DNA from: a virus | IMG/VR virus record: IMGVR_UViG_3300021091_000016 | DNA: 64,000 bases | Reading direction: 5' to 3' (one strand) | Part shown: one piece after another, positions 1-9,550 of the stretch | Layout: each line of letters starts with the position of its first letter | Numbering within the stretch: position 1 is the stretch's first letter | Program-made: the position numbers and the translations under genes | Notes under the pieces: generated by a model | What the model saw: only the letters and a program-made list of their open reading frames with translations | Databases searched by the model: none | Told to the model about the DNA's origin: nothing

Positions 1-202
1 AGATACTCTTAATAAATATTTTTCTATAAAAAATACAAATTATTGCTACTAGCAATAGAAAGTATAAAGTGCCAAATTGATTTAATCATTTTGGTCCAGC
101 TGCAACCCTTAAACTAAGAGAGAAGATTATGTTTACAAACATTCAAAAGATTTACAAGACTACTATAGCATTATACATGTTTATAGTAACACTGGTGCAA
201 AT

Positions 203-475
203 ATGGACATAGTTTATTATCTACCAAACTGGTTAGCAACTACAGTATTTATAATTGGATTCTATTCTAGCGGCGTAATATTGGTAAAAAGCTTTGAAGT
301 GATAACTCATTACTTAAAGTTCAAACAATACCCATTACACCCTATAGAATACAAATACATAAATATTCTAGAGGAAAATAAAATCCTAAAACAAAAAATA
401 TCTCAACATGAAGCTCAACAAGAAGAAATCTTTGAGCAAATGATTGAACAACTTAAAGGAAAAAATTATGAATAA
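203..475 (+). CDS. hypothetical protein, N-terminal TM helix and C-terminal coiled coil
   Basis: 90-aa ORF; hydrophobic residues ~10-30. Confidence 0.55.
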   Translation: MDIVYYLPNWLATTVFIIGFYSSGVILVKSFEVITHYLKFKQYPLHPIEYKYINILEENKILKQKISQHEAQQEEIFEQMIEQLKGKNYE

Positions 476-884
476 GTATACATTTAGTCTACGTTTGACC
501 TCTTCTTATAATCACGTAGAGGTAATCGCAGATGATAGAGATGAAGCATTGTCTTTAGTTTGGGATAGAATCAATGATAAAGAAATCGATGTGGATGACG
601 AAACAATCGAAGTTTACGATGAATCTGAAGAACCAATTGAAGCTCAACAAAGCGGTTATACTCCTATGAGTGCATTAAACGCACAACAACCTCAACCAGA
701 ACTCGATAATGGTTATGTACCTATGGTTGCTGTCTCTAATCAAGACAATGATTTGCTAGCTCAAATTGCAACCCTACTAAGAACTATTGAGGATTGCGCT
801 GCAAAGGTTGAGGAGCTAAGAGCAACTCAAGAGCCAGAAGTATTGCCTAACGGTTATAGACCCTTAGCAAGCAATAAAAGATAG
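468..884 (+). CDS. acidic hypothetical phage protein with three GYxP(M/L) repeats
   Basis: ATG 468 preceded by AAGGA; motifs SGYTPM, NGYVPM, NGYRPL. Confidence 0.65.
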   Translation: MNKYTFSLRLTSSYNHVEVIADDRDEALSLVWDRINDKEIDVDDETIEVYDESEEPIEAQQSGYTPMSALNAQQPQPELDNGYVPMVAVSNQDNDLLAQIATLLRTIEDCAAKVEELRATQEPEVLPNGYRPLASNKR

Positions 885-901
885 GAGTTGAGAGTTTATC
901 T

Positions 902-2542
902 ATGAGTAATGTAAATTATGATAGTAATAGCGAATCAAGGTTTAACTTTATGCATGAACTACCATATATACTTATAGATAAATCTCAATTAGTTCCTCTT
1001 CCTGGCAATTCTTATCATCTAGAAATTAATAAAAGTACATTAGTAGAAACTGCTGGCTTGGTAACAGAGCAAGAAATTTATACAAATATATTCGCTTATT
1101 GTTTTAAAGATGGATCATCTGTACTTCCTTTCGGTGTTATATGCTCCGTAAATGAACAAAAACTGTGCGACGGGAAACTAAGCTTATACTTTAGCTGTAT
1201 AAGAAAAATTGAATCAATAGAAAAGAAATCTGATAGTAAATGTACTTTTTATATGTCAAAAACAACTCTTAAAAAGGACTCCTATCAATTTGTTAAATTA
1301 TTTTTAGAGAATGCGCAGAAAAATCCCAATTTAAAAGACGTGATTGACACAAACGGTTCAATATTCTCAGATATTGTAAATGTCAATCGCTGCCTAGATA
1401 TCATGGAACCTGATAAAGATTTATTAATTAGGTATTTAAGTAGTTCTTCATGGTTCGAAAAGCTATGTGTTGCCGAATATATTCTTTCAGAATACAACTT
1501 AAAATTCGAAACAAATACAACGTACAAAAAAGTAATCAAACAAGATTCTCCTGTATCTGAAAAGATACTAATGGAAAAGAAAAGATTGAGCTCTATACCT
1601 CAATCATCTGCAGAACATGCAGCGACTCAAGATTACTTGCAAATATTAGAAAGCTTACCATTCGGTAAAGAAAATGAAGAAACTATTAATGTAGAAAATA
1701 TTAAGAAAGAACTTAATGAATCTCATTATGGTTTGGAAAAAATTAAAGACGAAATACTAGATTTCTATGCCTTAAAGCAATTGACAGGTGTAGAAGCCTC
1801 TAGTCCTTTTCTCTTAAGTGGGCCTCCAGGTACTGGTAAAACTACAATAGTTAAAGCTATTGCAAAGGCTACAGGTAGAGACTTTATCTCTATTGCTTTG
1901 GGTGGTGTATCTGACGAATCAGAATTTCGTGGACATAGACGCACATATGTAGGCGCTAGACCTGGTAGAATTATTAGCGCACTATCAAAATGTAAATCAA
2001 TGAATCCTATTATCCTACTAGACGAAATTGATAAAATTTCTACTAACGGAAACAAAGGAGACCCATTTGGTGCTTTGTTGGAAATTCTAGACCCAGAACA
2101 AAACAAAGCATTCATTGATAGATTCTTAGAAATTCCTATCGATTTATCTAAATGTACATTCTTTTGTACTGCAAATGATACAAATTATATTCCATTAGCA
2201 GTGATGGACAGATTAGATGAAATAAAATTTGTTGATTATACATCTGAACAAAAAACGCACATTATTAAGAATTACATATTCAATAAAATTAAAACCAATT
2301 ATAATATGTCAAAATACGATATCGAACTAGAGGAAAAGCTAATTAATTTTCTTGCTTGTGAGTATAATTTGCGTAAAATTAATAGAGAGATAGAACGTAT
2401 TTTTAGAAAAAGTGCCTCTAAAATCCTATCAGGAAAATCCGTTAGCTTAGTAACTATGGATGATTATGATGACATGGATACAGAGGATATACCTATTCAA
2501 AAACATAATTCAAATAAAAAGAAAATCGGTTTTTACTTATGA
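902..2542 (+). CDS. lon: Lon-family AAA+ ATPase lacking the C-terminal Ser-Lys protease domain
   Basis: HYGLEKIKDEIL, GPPGTGKT, LGGVSDESEFRGHRRTYVGARPGRII, LLDEIDK, ALLEILDPEQN; ends at 546 aa (..KKKIGFYL) with no protease domain. Confidence 0.9.
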   Translation: MSNVNYDSNSESRFNFMHELPYILIDKSQLVPLPGNSYHLEINKSTLVETAGLVTEQEIYTNIFAYCFKDGSSVLPFGVICSVNEQKLCDGKLSLYFSCIRKIESIEKKSDSKCTFYMSKTTLKKDSYQFVKLFLENAQKNPNLKDVIDTNGSIFSDIVNVNRCLDIMEPDKDLLIRYLSSSSWFEKLCVAEYILSEYNLKFETNTTYKKVIKQDSPVSEKILMEKKRLSSIPQSSAEHAATQDYLQILESLPFGKENEETINVENIKKELNESHYGLEKIKDEILDFYALKQLTGVEASSPFLLSGPPGTGKTTIVKAIAKATGRDFISIALGGVSDESEFRGHRRTYVGARPGRIISALSKCKSMNPIILLDEIDKISTNGNKGDPFGALLEILDPEQNKAFIDRFLEIPIDLSKCTFFCTANDTNYIPLAVMDRLDEIKFVDYTSEQKTHIIKNYIFNKIKTNYNMSKYDIELEEKLINFLACEYNLRKINREIERIFRKSASKILSGKSVSLVTMDDYDDMDTEDIPIQKHNSNKKKIGFYL

Positions 2543-2775
2543 AATTAATATGCTTAGATGTAGATAACTGTGGATATTCCACAATGTCAATAACAGATAA
2601 TTTAGAATACAATATAGATATAAACCAAAACGTTCAAATGTGCCCTGAATGTAAAGACAGTTTAGCTATGTTAGTAGATGATTTCTTTCATTTTGATACT
2701 CTACATCCAGCAGAAAGAAAAAGAATTCAAATTTTAGAATTTGTAAAAGCCTTAGAGGAAAAAATAAAATTGTAA
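2539..2775 (+). CDS. small putative Zn-ribbon protein
   Basis: CLDVDNC...CPEC; ATGA overlap with upstream gene. Confidence 0.55.
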   Translation: MKLICLDVDNCGYSTMSITDNLEYNIDINQNVQMCPECKDSLAMLVDDFFHFDTLHPAERKRIQILEFVKALEEKIKL

Positions 2776-2799
2776 TAAAAACTAAAAGGAGAATTAGCT

Positions 2800-3606
2800 T
2801 TGGAATTTGAAAGCTTTAGCCTTGACGAAGCGTATGATGAGAACCATATAAACTCGTATAAAAAAATAGTATCATTATTAAACAAAATAGATGATAAAAT
2901 TATGAATTATAAATTTATATTATCTGGCGGATTTTTAATTTTTCATATGCTTGAAACACATAACGAAAATCGTAAATACAACGATATAGATTTATTTTTC
3001 GAATCAAAAGAAGACTTCAATAAATTAAATTCATATTTATTAGAGTCTTTCGCTAACAAACAAATTGTATACACAGAATACAAAACAAACAATGCAAACA
3101 CTTATTCCTTTCAAATTGATTCCAAGGATGTCAAGCTTCAATTAATTCAAAGTATTTTTGAATCAAAGGAAAAAACCATAGCTTCCTTTGATTTACAAAA
3201 TTGTCAAATTGCTTTAGATAATAAAGGCGAACTATGTATGAATAAAGATTTTGAGAATCTTTATTGGCGAAAAGAATTAAGAGTAAACAAGCTTGTAATC
3301 AAATATTTAGAGGAACGCGGCCCTGGTTATCTATTTACCTTACTGAATAGATTTAAAAAATATCAATGGAGATATAATTTAATAAATTTAAATGAATCTA
3401 CCATTAAGATAATAGAACAAATAGAACAAGATTATTCTCAAGAGATAACAAAAGATAAAACTATAACATGTGTGATTACAACATCCGGAGAATCAGAAGA
3501 AGAGATTACAAAAAATCTTTTTGAAGAATGGACTAGCTTCTTTATTGCATTCTTTAAAGAATATGTAAAAGAAAGCAACTGGATTATAACTAAAACTCAG
3601 CTTTAA
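2800..3606 (+). CDS. pol-beta-superfamily nucleotidyltransferase (phage poly(A) polymerase/CCA-head-like)
   Basis: LSGGFL...NDIDLFF...LQLI...SFDLQNCQ; TTG start with AGGAG SD. Confidence 0.7.
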   Translation: MEFESFSLDEAYDENHINSYKKIVSLLNKIDDKIMNYKFILSGGFLIFHMLETHNENRKYNDIDLFFESKEDFNKLNSYLLESFANKQIVYTEYKTNNANTYSFQIDSKDVKLQLIQSIFESKEKTIASFDLQNCQIALDNKGELCMNKDFENLYWRKELRVNKLVIKYLEERGPGYLFTLLNRFKKYQWRYNLINLNESTIKIIEQIEQDYSQEITKDKTITCVITTSGESEEEITKNLFEEWTSFFIAFFKEYVKESNWIITKTQL

Positions 3607-3624
3607 ATTGTAAAGGAAATCATT

Positions 3625-6600
3625 ATGATTATCTCCATTCCAAACAAAACTACCTGTATGCCAAAGGAAAAATATGAGCTATTAACAAGCCTTAATAGCT
3701 ATGGTTCACTTAGCAACGAATTCTTAAATGAATTAGAGCAACAAAAGGTTTACAAAATCGATAATGTAAACTCTGTTATCAGTTCAATTGACAGAAGATA
3801 TGCTCTATCAAAAAACTTATTTAACAATTTGACTTATAAATCAAGACTTAGAAATCAATTGTTTTATCAACAGAATAATGCCTATTTAAATAAATTCTTG
3901 ACTGTTTTTATAGTTGAAAATTGGCATGACAAAAACCAAACATACTTAATTGAAAATATAGTTGCTAACTCTTGTACCCCATTTAAAAATCCTTTCATTC
4001 GTAACTTTAATGAATCTAACTTAATGAGATTGCCTAATCATCTATCAGATCAATATGCTAATTGTAATGGCTTAGAAATTAAAGACATCTATAATATGTG
4101 GCGTGCCTCTGATTCCCCAGATGAATTCAATGAAGTGCTTAAGCAATTAGCAAATGAAAATAAAATTAATCCATTTTATATTTATGCTAATGCAAGTGAG
4201 GAAACGATTCGTCAATTAATTGACGAATCAAATTCAGTTACAAAATCTAATATGAGATCAGATACAATCAGCACTTCAGATGTAAAGAGTATCATAAATA
4301 GTGGGGTGCTTGGTTTAAAATATCTCTCTAATTTTATTTATGCATATTTATTATGTATCACTAAAGATTCGTTATTACTAGATGTAGAAAATGAATTGCT
4401 GACTACTAATAATGGAGAGTATAATTTTATAAATTTACTTTTTGATTTTTCTGGAATGAATCAAAATACAATTATGGGTGACCAATTCTCTATTACTTCT
4501 ATGAACTTTGACGGATTTAAATATAGTCCAATTTCAAGCACAGAAGAAAAACAGTACAAGCTTATTAAAAAATATCATCAATATAAAGTCAGCAATGCAA
4601 AGCAAATTGCAACTCAGAATGAACTTCCAGTATTTTCATGCTTTCCAAAAGAGTGGCTAGATTCTATTGGAATTAATTATTTTGAAAATAATATCAAGGT
4701 AGAACCCTCTCTACCTATAGGCTTTGTATACACTAAGCTCGACAATTATATGTTTAATGTTACAGAGACATCTACCTTAGGTGATTTTTCATTTGTAGGA
4801 GATTATACCTTATCTAAGGTTAAAGCTAAAAATGAAATCGTTAATCTTGTAAACGATAGTCAAAAATCCGTAATTGAAATAGTTGAAAGTGCTTTCAACT
4901 TCGAAGTTGAAAAGATTAATTTAAAGGAAGCATTTTTACAAACACTCACATTTACTAATAATAAGATTAAAGCATTAGTGCTTAACAATTTTACTTCTGG
5001 TTCTCAACCATTCAATATGGAAGTAAAACAACTAACAAAAAATCAATTGATTCAATCAAACAATGCATTCGTACCAATTGCATTCAAAACAACAAAGATA
5101 AATCAATTCACAGGCGAAAAAGAAGAAATTTATTTTGTAAGCTTAGTTAACTTCCAGCCATTAAGTAGCTTTAGAAAATATACAAAATCTCAAAGATATC
5201 TCCAATATCTGAATAATTTGATTGAGTATGATTCTATTCAAGACCCATCTATTTATGACCAAATTCTTGTTAAAAGATTTGGAAATACAATTAAATACAA
5301 TTTAGCAAATCAAGAAGTATACGAAAGCTTTGGAGAGGATTTCGTTATGAAAATAACTGAGCAAGACGTAAAAGAAATGCAGGTTATTGATAATGAAAAA
5401 CTAGCTTTTTTAAATGGTAGTTTGAATATAGATGAAAAGTTAATTACTAAATTCAAAGCCTTAAAAGATAAACAAGATATAATCTTAGCTAAATACACTG
5501 AAGAAGATAAAAGACTTACTGATTTAATTGATTCAAGCATTTTAAATGACAGATATATTGAAGATGATAAAATTCAATTACAATCAATTACAGCTAGATT
5601 GAATGAAAGACTTCAACTAAAGGAAACATTTCCTACAAAAATTCAATTACAAGAAAAAGTATCCAGTGACCAAAGAGCTTTATTCGAATCAATCTCTAAA
5701 GAAGTACAAAAGCTAAATGAAATTCAAATAGAAGCTAAAAGAGATGCAATTGAAAATAAAAATTATATTCCCGATAGTTTTTTTACTGGGTTAAAAACAA
5801 GAGGTATTTACATTCAAGAAATTGAGTATCTGGATCAAAATCAAAATACTTTTAAATTTAACGCTAAGAACTTTAATAAGTTGAGTCTTGATAACATTCA
5901 AGATTTCACTCTAAGCTCTTTAAGTTTTATCGTTAACAAACCATTTAAGATTAAAGTAGATGGAGATGCTGCAAATATCATTTACGCAGGACCAATGAAG
6001 GTTCAAATAACAAATTCAAGTATCTCTGTTGGTGCTTTAAATTCATCTACTATCTTAGGCTTTCTTGATAATAGAAACGCAATGGTACATCCACATTCAT
6101 CTCCTATGAATTTGAGTAGCAATTTTGTAGCAACCGAATTCTTTTCATATAGAAGGGGATGCTTAGGCGAATCATCACCATATATTTACAATGCATTTAG
6201 CTCTACGTCTCCTTTAAAGAATGTTTTAGTAAATGCATTCATTTGGTTATCTAGTGCAAATAGTTCAGATCATTGGGGCAGAAATTACAAATTCTTCCCA
6301 AGATATGGCAGTACATCACTAGTTAACCTAGAAGAGGAAGCAATTAACTTAATTACCATCAATGAATATATTGAATCAGAGGAACCATTATTAAAACCTA
6401 AAAAACAATGTGAACATGAATATGAAAATTCTATATGTATTCATTGTGGATTAGAATGTGTTGACCATAATTACGATTACGATGGTATTTGTACTATATG
6501 TGGGCATTACAATTCACGTTATGATGATTCAGATGAAGAAGATGAAATCTATGACGAAGAGATAACACCAGAACAAGTAAATACAGCTCCAAATGTATAT

Positions 6601-6636
6601 ACACCCTACTCTCCATTAACAAACAATAATAACTAA
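3625..6636 (+). CDS. large protein with coiled coil, C-terminal prokaryotic E2-like (Ubl-conjugating) domain and Cys/His Zn knuckles
   Basis: H822-P-H824 ... G-C846-LG...W...N..D.WG pattern typical of bacterial E2-like folds; directly upstream of JAB, E1 and Ubl; tail CEHEYENSICIHCG/CVDHNYDYDGICTICG. Confidence 0.65.
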   Translation: MIISIPNKTTCMPKEKYELLTSLNSYGSLSNEFLNELEQQKVYKIDNVNSVISSIDRRYALSKNLFNNLTYKSRLRNQLFYQQNNAYLNKFLTVFIVENWHDKNQTYLIENIVANSCTPFKNPFIRNFNESNLMRLPNHLSDQYANCNGLEIKDIYNMWRASDSPDEFNEVLKQLANENKINPFYIYANASEETIRQLIDESNSVTKSNMRSDTISTSDVKSIINSGVLGLKYLSNFIYAYLLCITKDSLLLDVENELLTTNNGEYNFINLLFDFSGMNQNTIMGDQFSITSMNFDGFKYSPISSTEEKQYKLIKKYHQYKVSNAKQIATQNELPVFSCFPKEWLDSIGINYFENNIKVEPSLPIGFVYTKLDNYMFNVTETSTLGDFSFVGDYTLSKVKAKNEIVNLVNDSQKSVIEIVESAFNFEVEKINLKEAFLQTLTFTNNKIKALVLNNFTSGSQPFNMEVKQLTKNQLIQSNNAFVPIAFKTTKINQFTGEKEEIYFVSLVNFQPLSSFRKYTKSQRYLQYLNNLIEYDSIQDPSIYDQILVKRFGNTIKYNLANQEVYESFGEDFVMKITEQDVKEMQVIDNEKLAFLNGSLNIDEKLITKFKALKDKQDIILAKYTEEDKRLTDLIDSSILNDRYIEDDKIQLQSITARLNERLQLKETFPTKIQLQEKVSSDQRALFESISKEVQKLNEIQIEAKRDAIENKNYIPDSFFTGLKTRGIYIQEIEYLDQNQNTFKFNAKNFNKLSLDNIQDFTLSSLSFIVNKPFKIKVDGDAANIIYAGPMKVQITNSSISVGALNSSTILGFLDNRNAMVHPHSSPMNLSSNFVATEFFSYRRGCLGESSPYIYNAFSSTSPLKNVLVNAFIWLSSANSSDHWGRNYKFFPRYGSTSLVNLEEEAINLITINEYIESEEPLLKPKKQCEHEYENSICIHCGLECVDHNYDYDGICTICGHYNSRYDDSDEEDEIYDEEITPEQVNTAPNVYTPYSPLTNNNN

Positions 6637-6647
6637 GGATTAAAGAT

Positions 6648-7772
6648 ATGAAATCTGTAAATTCATTTAAAATCTTAACACAATCATCTGTAGAACCTTT
6701 TATCTCTATGGATTATGATTTAATGCAACAAATTCAACATATTGTTGAAATCGCACCAAAAGAAGCTCAATGGTTTCATCTAATGGAACAAATTGATTCA
6801 GCAGAATTTAGAATCTCAGAGATGTTTATTCCAGAACAAATCTGTAGTTCCGTAGAAGTAGATACTGATAGTCAAATGATGGTACGCTTTTGGAATGAAC
6901 TAAAAGAAAAATATGGCGTAGTAGAAGCCTCTAATAAGTTAACTGTAATGACTGTTTGGTGTCACAGTCATCACAATATGGCGCCTAGTCCTAGCGCTCA
7001 AGATAATACTCAATTCTATCAATTAGTTAAACAACAGAAGGATGCTGGGACTAATAAACCAGTACTTATGTTTATCTTTAATAAACGTAATGAATATTAT
7101 TCTAGATTATGGGATCCAAAAACTAATTTAGTATATGAAGGCTTAGATATCGTTTATACTCATTACGATATGTCTTGGATTGACGCAGAAGCTAAAAAGA
7201 AATTTAAAGAACCACCAATCGTACCTAAGAGTTTTTTAGGTACAACTCCAGCAAATACAAAAGCAACATCTTATTATTGGACGAATCCATTAAAAGATGT
7301 ACCAGCATATAGCTATACTGGAAAAGCAAATGGCAATCATTTAACTGCAAGCACATCATCAAAAATGGCTATTTCAGATTGTTTTGGAGTGACTTACAAT
7401 GAATTCAATGTAATCACCCAACCAATGGCAGATGAATTTGCAAGCTATGTTTCAGATGAATTAGAATCTCAAGAAAAATATATTTTGGCTTCGTTATTAA
7501 GAAAAGATAAAAACTTTTACAATAAAGCTTTAGAAGCAAAGAATAAGAAAATCGCTCCTAAACCATTCAAAGAAACAATTATCAAAGCTATTACCTCTAA
7601 TAAAATGACAATTGGATTACTAGAATGCATTTTGACAAATGTATTTGAAATGTATGACCAATTATTAATAGAGGATAAAGAAAGCTTTGATGTCTGGACA
7701 ACAGATGTTATCGATATGATGGAAGAAACACTAACAGAACCAAAACCTCAATATACCTTGTTCTCTAAATAA
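6648..7772 (+). CDS. JAB/JAMM (MPN+) metalloprotease, putative Ubl-processing/deconjugating enzyme
   Basis: PKEAQW (E39) and WCHSHHNMAPSPSAQD = H106-x-H108-x7-S116-xx-D119. Confidence 0.88.
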   Translation: MKSVNSFKILTQSSVEPFISMDYDLMQQIQHIVEIAPKEAQWFHLMEQIDSAEFRISEMFIPEQICSSVEVDTDSQMMVRFWNELKEKYGVVEASNKLTVMTVWCHSHHNMAPSPSAQDNTQFYQLVKQQKDAGTNKPVLMFIFNKRNEYYSRLWDPKTNLVYEGLDIVYTHYDMSWIDAEAKKKFKEPPIVPKSFLGTTPANTKATSYYWTNPLKDVPAYSYTGKANGNHLTASTSSKMAISDCFGVTYNEFNVITQPMADEFASYVSDELESQEKYILASLLRKDKNFYNKALEAKNKKIAPKPFKETIIKAITSNKMTIGLLECILTNVFEMYDQLLIEDKESFDVWTTDVIDMMEETLTEPKPQYTLFSK

Positions 7773-7781
7773 AGGATAAAA

Positions 7782-8471
7782 ATGTCTGTATCATTTCTTA
7801 GACACAGTGCATTCTTTGGGCCAGAGGATGCAAATCAATATGTATTAAATATCATTGGAGTAGGTGCAACAGGCTCTTGGATTGCTATGCTAGCTGCCAG
7901 AATGGGTTGGCACAAGTTTAGAGTATGGGATTTAGATATTGTAGAATCTCACAATTTACCTAATCAAGCATATACCCATGATGATATTGGTAAGAAAAAA
8001 GTAATCGCGCTTAAGGAACAACTACTTAGATTCAATCCAGAAATTGAAATTGAAACACATGATTATTTCTTTGAATCAGAAAAGCATAAAGAATTACTAG
8101 ACGGGCCAGTTATCATTACTGTTGATTCACTATCTGCAAGAAAGGATATTGCAGAAGCAATTAAAGGTAATTGGAATGTCATGCATGCATTTGAAACTCG
8201 TATGGGATTTACTCATGCAGAAATCAATTACCTAGATTGTTTAAACATCCAATCAGTAGAAAACTTTCAAAACTTACTTAAAAGCGATTCTGAAGTAACT
8301 GAAGCTGCATGTAATGAAAGAATTATCACAACTCTCACTTGCCAAGTTGCAGCAACTGTGGTACATTATTTATGTGCTTTAGTTACCAAAGATAGAAACA
8401 AGAACGAAGTACAAATTAGAAACAAAACTATTTTTACAAATACACCCACACTTTCCGTGTTTGGTATGTAG
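7782..8471 (+). CDS. ThiF/MoeB/E1-like adenylyltransferase (Ubl-activating enzyme)
   Basis: IIGVGATGS, DLDIVESHNLPNQ, DIGKKKV, VDSLSARK, ETRMG; candidate catalytic C177 (AAC). Confidence 0.92.
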   Translation: MSVSFLRHSAFFGPEDANQYVLNIIGVGATGSWIAMLAARMGWHKFRVWDLDIVESHNLPNQAYTHDDIGKKKVIALKEQLLRFNPEIEIETHDYFFESEKHKELLDGPVIITVDSLSARKDIAEAIKGNWNVMHAFETRMGFTHAEINYLDCLNIQSVENFQNLLKSDSEVTEAACNERIITTLTCQVAATVVHYLCALVTKDRNKNEVQIRNKTIFTNTPTLSVFGM

Positions 8472-8480
8472 GAGAAACAA

Positions 8481-8708
8481 ATGCAAGAACAAGAGTTCAA
8501 ATTACAAGATGAATTAACTCAATTGAGTCAAACATTAGCAGCCTTGCAAATTGATGCTCAGAAGTTTGATGATGGTAATGGTGCGGCTGGTAGACGTGCT
8601 AGGTCTTACTTAGCAAGTTTAAGAACAAGTATGCAGTCATTGCGTTTCAAGATTCAAGAAGTAAAAAATCAAAGAATTGCACAAAAGAAAACCCAAGTTA
8701 CTGAATAA
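8481..8708 (+). CDS. histone H1-like Hc1-family small helical protein
   Basis: DAQKFDDGNGAAGRRARSYL...LRFKIQEVKN resembles the Hc1-like consensus. Confidence 0.7.
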   Translation: MQEQEFKLQDELTQLSQTLAALQIDAQKFDDGNGAAGRRARSYLASLRTSMQSLRFKIQEVKNQRIAQKKTQVTE

Positions 8709-8717
8709 GGAAATAAA

Positions 8718-8933
8718 ATGAGAAACATTACATTAGTAATCGTGCCAGGCACAGGCGCAAAACAAATCCAGGTAGAAGACACAATGACCGTAGCAGAGCT
8801 TGTTGCTCGTGAATCTCTATTTGGTAGAGACATCATTGTAAATGGTGTTGGAGTACAAGCCACACAATTTAATACTCAAACCTTAGCAGGTGCAATTGAA
8901 GTATTTGCTACAGGGAGTGTTAAGGGCAATTAA
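8718..8933 (+). CDS. single ubiquitin-like (beta-grasp) protein
   Basis: 71 aa, beta-grasp-type pattern (TMTVAEL, IIVNG), ends FATGSVKG-N; downstream of E1/JAB. Confidence 0.82.
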   Translation: MRNITLVIVPGTGAKQIQVEDTMTVAELVARESLFGRDIIVNGVGVQATQFNTQTLAGAIEVFATGSVKGN

Positions 8934-9083
8934 ATGGATTGGTGGAATAAAAATTCTGACGATCCAATTATTAATCTAATAGTAGGTGTTGGATTTATTA
9001 TCTATGCAATCATTGTAAGCCTATATAATCCGCTATATCTTATTATTTATTGCTTATTAACTATAATTTACTATTTGATTTAA
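8934..9083 (+). CDS. 49-aa hydrophobic membrane peptide (not in ORF track)
   Basis: Starts right after the Ubl stop; MDWWNKNSDDPIINLIVGVGFIIYAIIVSLYNPLYLIIYCLLTIIYYLI. Confidence 0.5.
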   Translation: MDWWNKNSDDPIINLIVGVGFIIYAIIVSLYNPLYLIIYCLLTIIYYLI

Positions 9084-9136
9084 AAGATAAAAAATAAAAA
9101 GATTTAATCGATTACCTAATACAAAAGGATAATCTT

Positions 9137-9550
9137 ATGTCTACAACAGTAATTGTTATCAAAGGCAACTCTTCTCAAAGCTTATTAAATAGAATTGCAC
9201 AAGCTTTAACAGATGAAGATAGAAATGCTCAAACTACAGAAATCAAACAAAATCTAGTAAGAGCTTTTTCAGATGCAACTCAATTAAAAACAGAAGAAAA
9301 TAAAAAAGAACGCAAAAAGCATGAAATGACTTATAGATTTGATTCAAATCAAGAAAAGCTAGTAAGGGCGTTTATCAATAAGAACCCAAGCTTTACTTTT
9401 AATCAAGTCTGTAACTTTTTAAGGAATGCAGGATATGAAAAGGTATATTTCAGAGATTTAAAAATTTGTTTAACAAAGTTTAATGCTACCTGTAGTATCG
9501 ATTCAATAACCAGAAAGCATACCTGGATTGTAAAAAATGTCAGAAAATAG
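9137..9550 (+). CDS. hypothetical basic protein, possible winged-helix DNA-binding C-terminus
   Basis: 137-aa ORF with AAGGA SD; function inferred only. Confidence 0.55.
   Translation: MSTTVIVIKGNSSQSLLNRIAQALTDEDRNAQTTEIKQNLVRAFSDATQLKTEENKKERKKHEMTYRFDSNQEKLVRAFINKNPSFTFNQVCNFLRNAGYEKVYFRDLKICLTKFNATCSIDSITRKHTWIVKNVRK

Noticed and set aside
2800-8471. Type II CBASS operon
   Set aside because: The nucleotidyltransferase lacks recognisable CD-NTase features, there is no effector gene, and dedicated Ubls are present
7782-8933. ThiF/ThiS or MoeB/MoaD cofactor-biosynthesis genes
   Set aside because: No ThiG, MoaE or cysteine synthase in the window; linkage to E2-like, JAB and poly-Ubl genes favours conjugation, although sulfur transfer is not formally excluded
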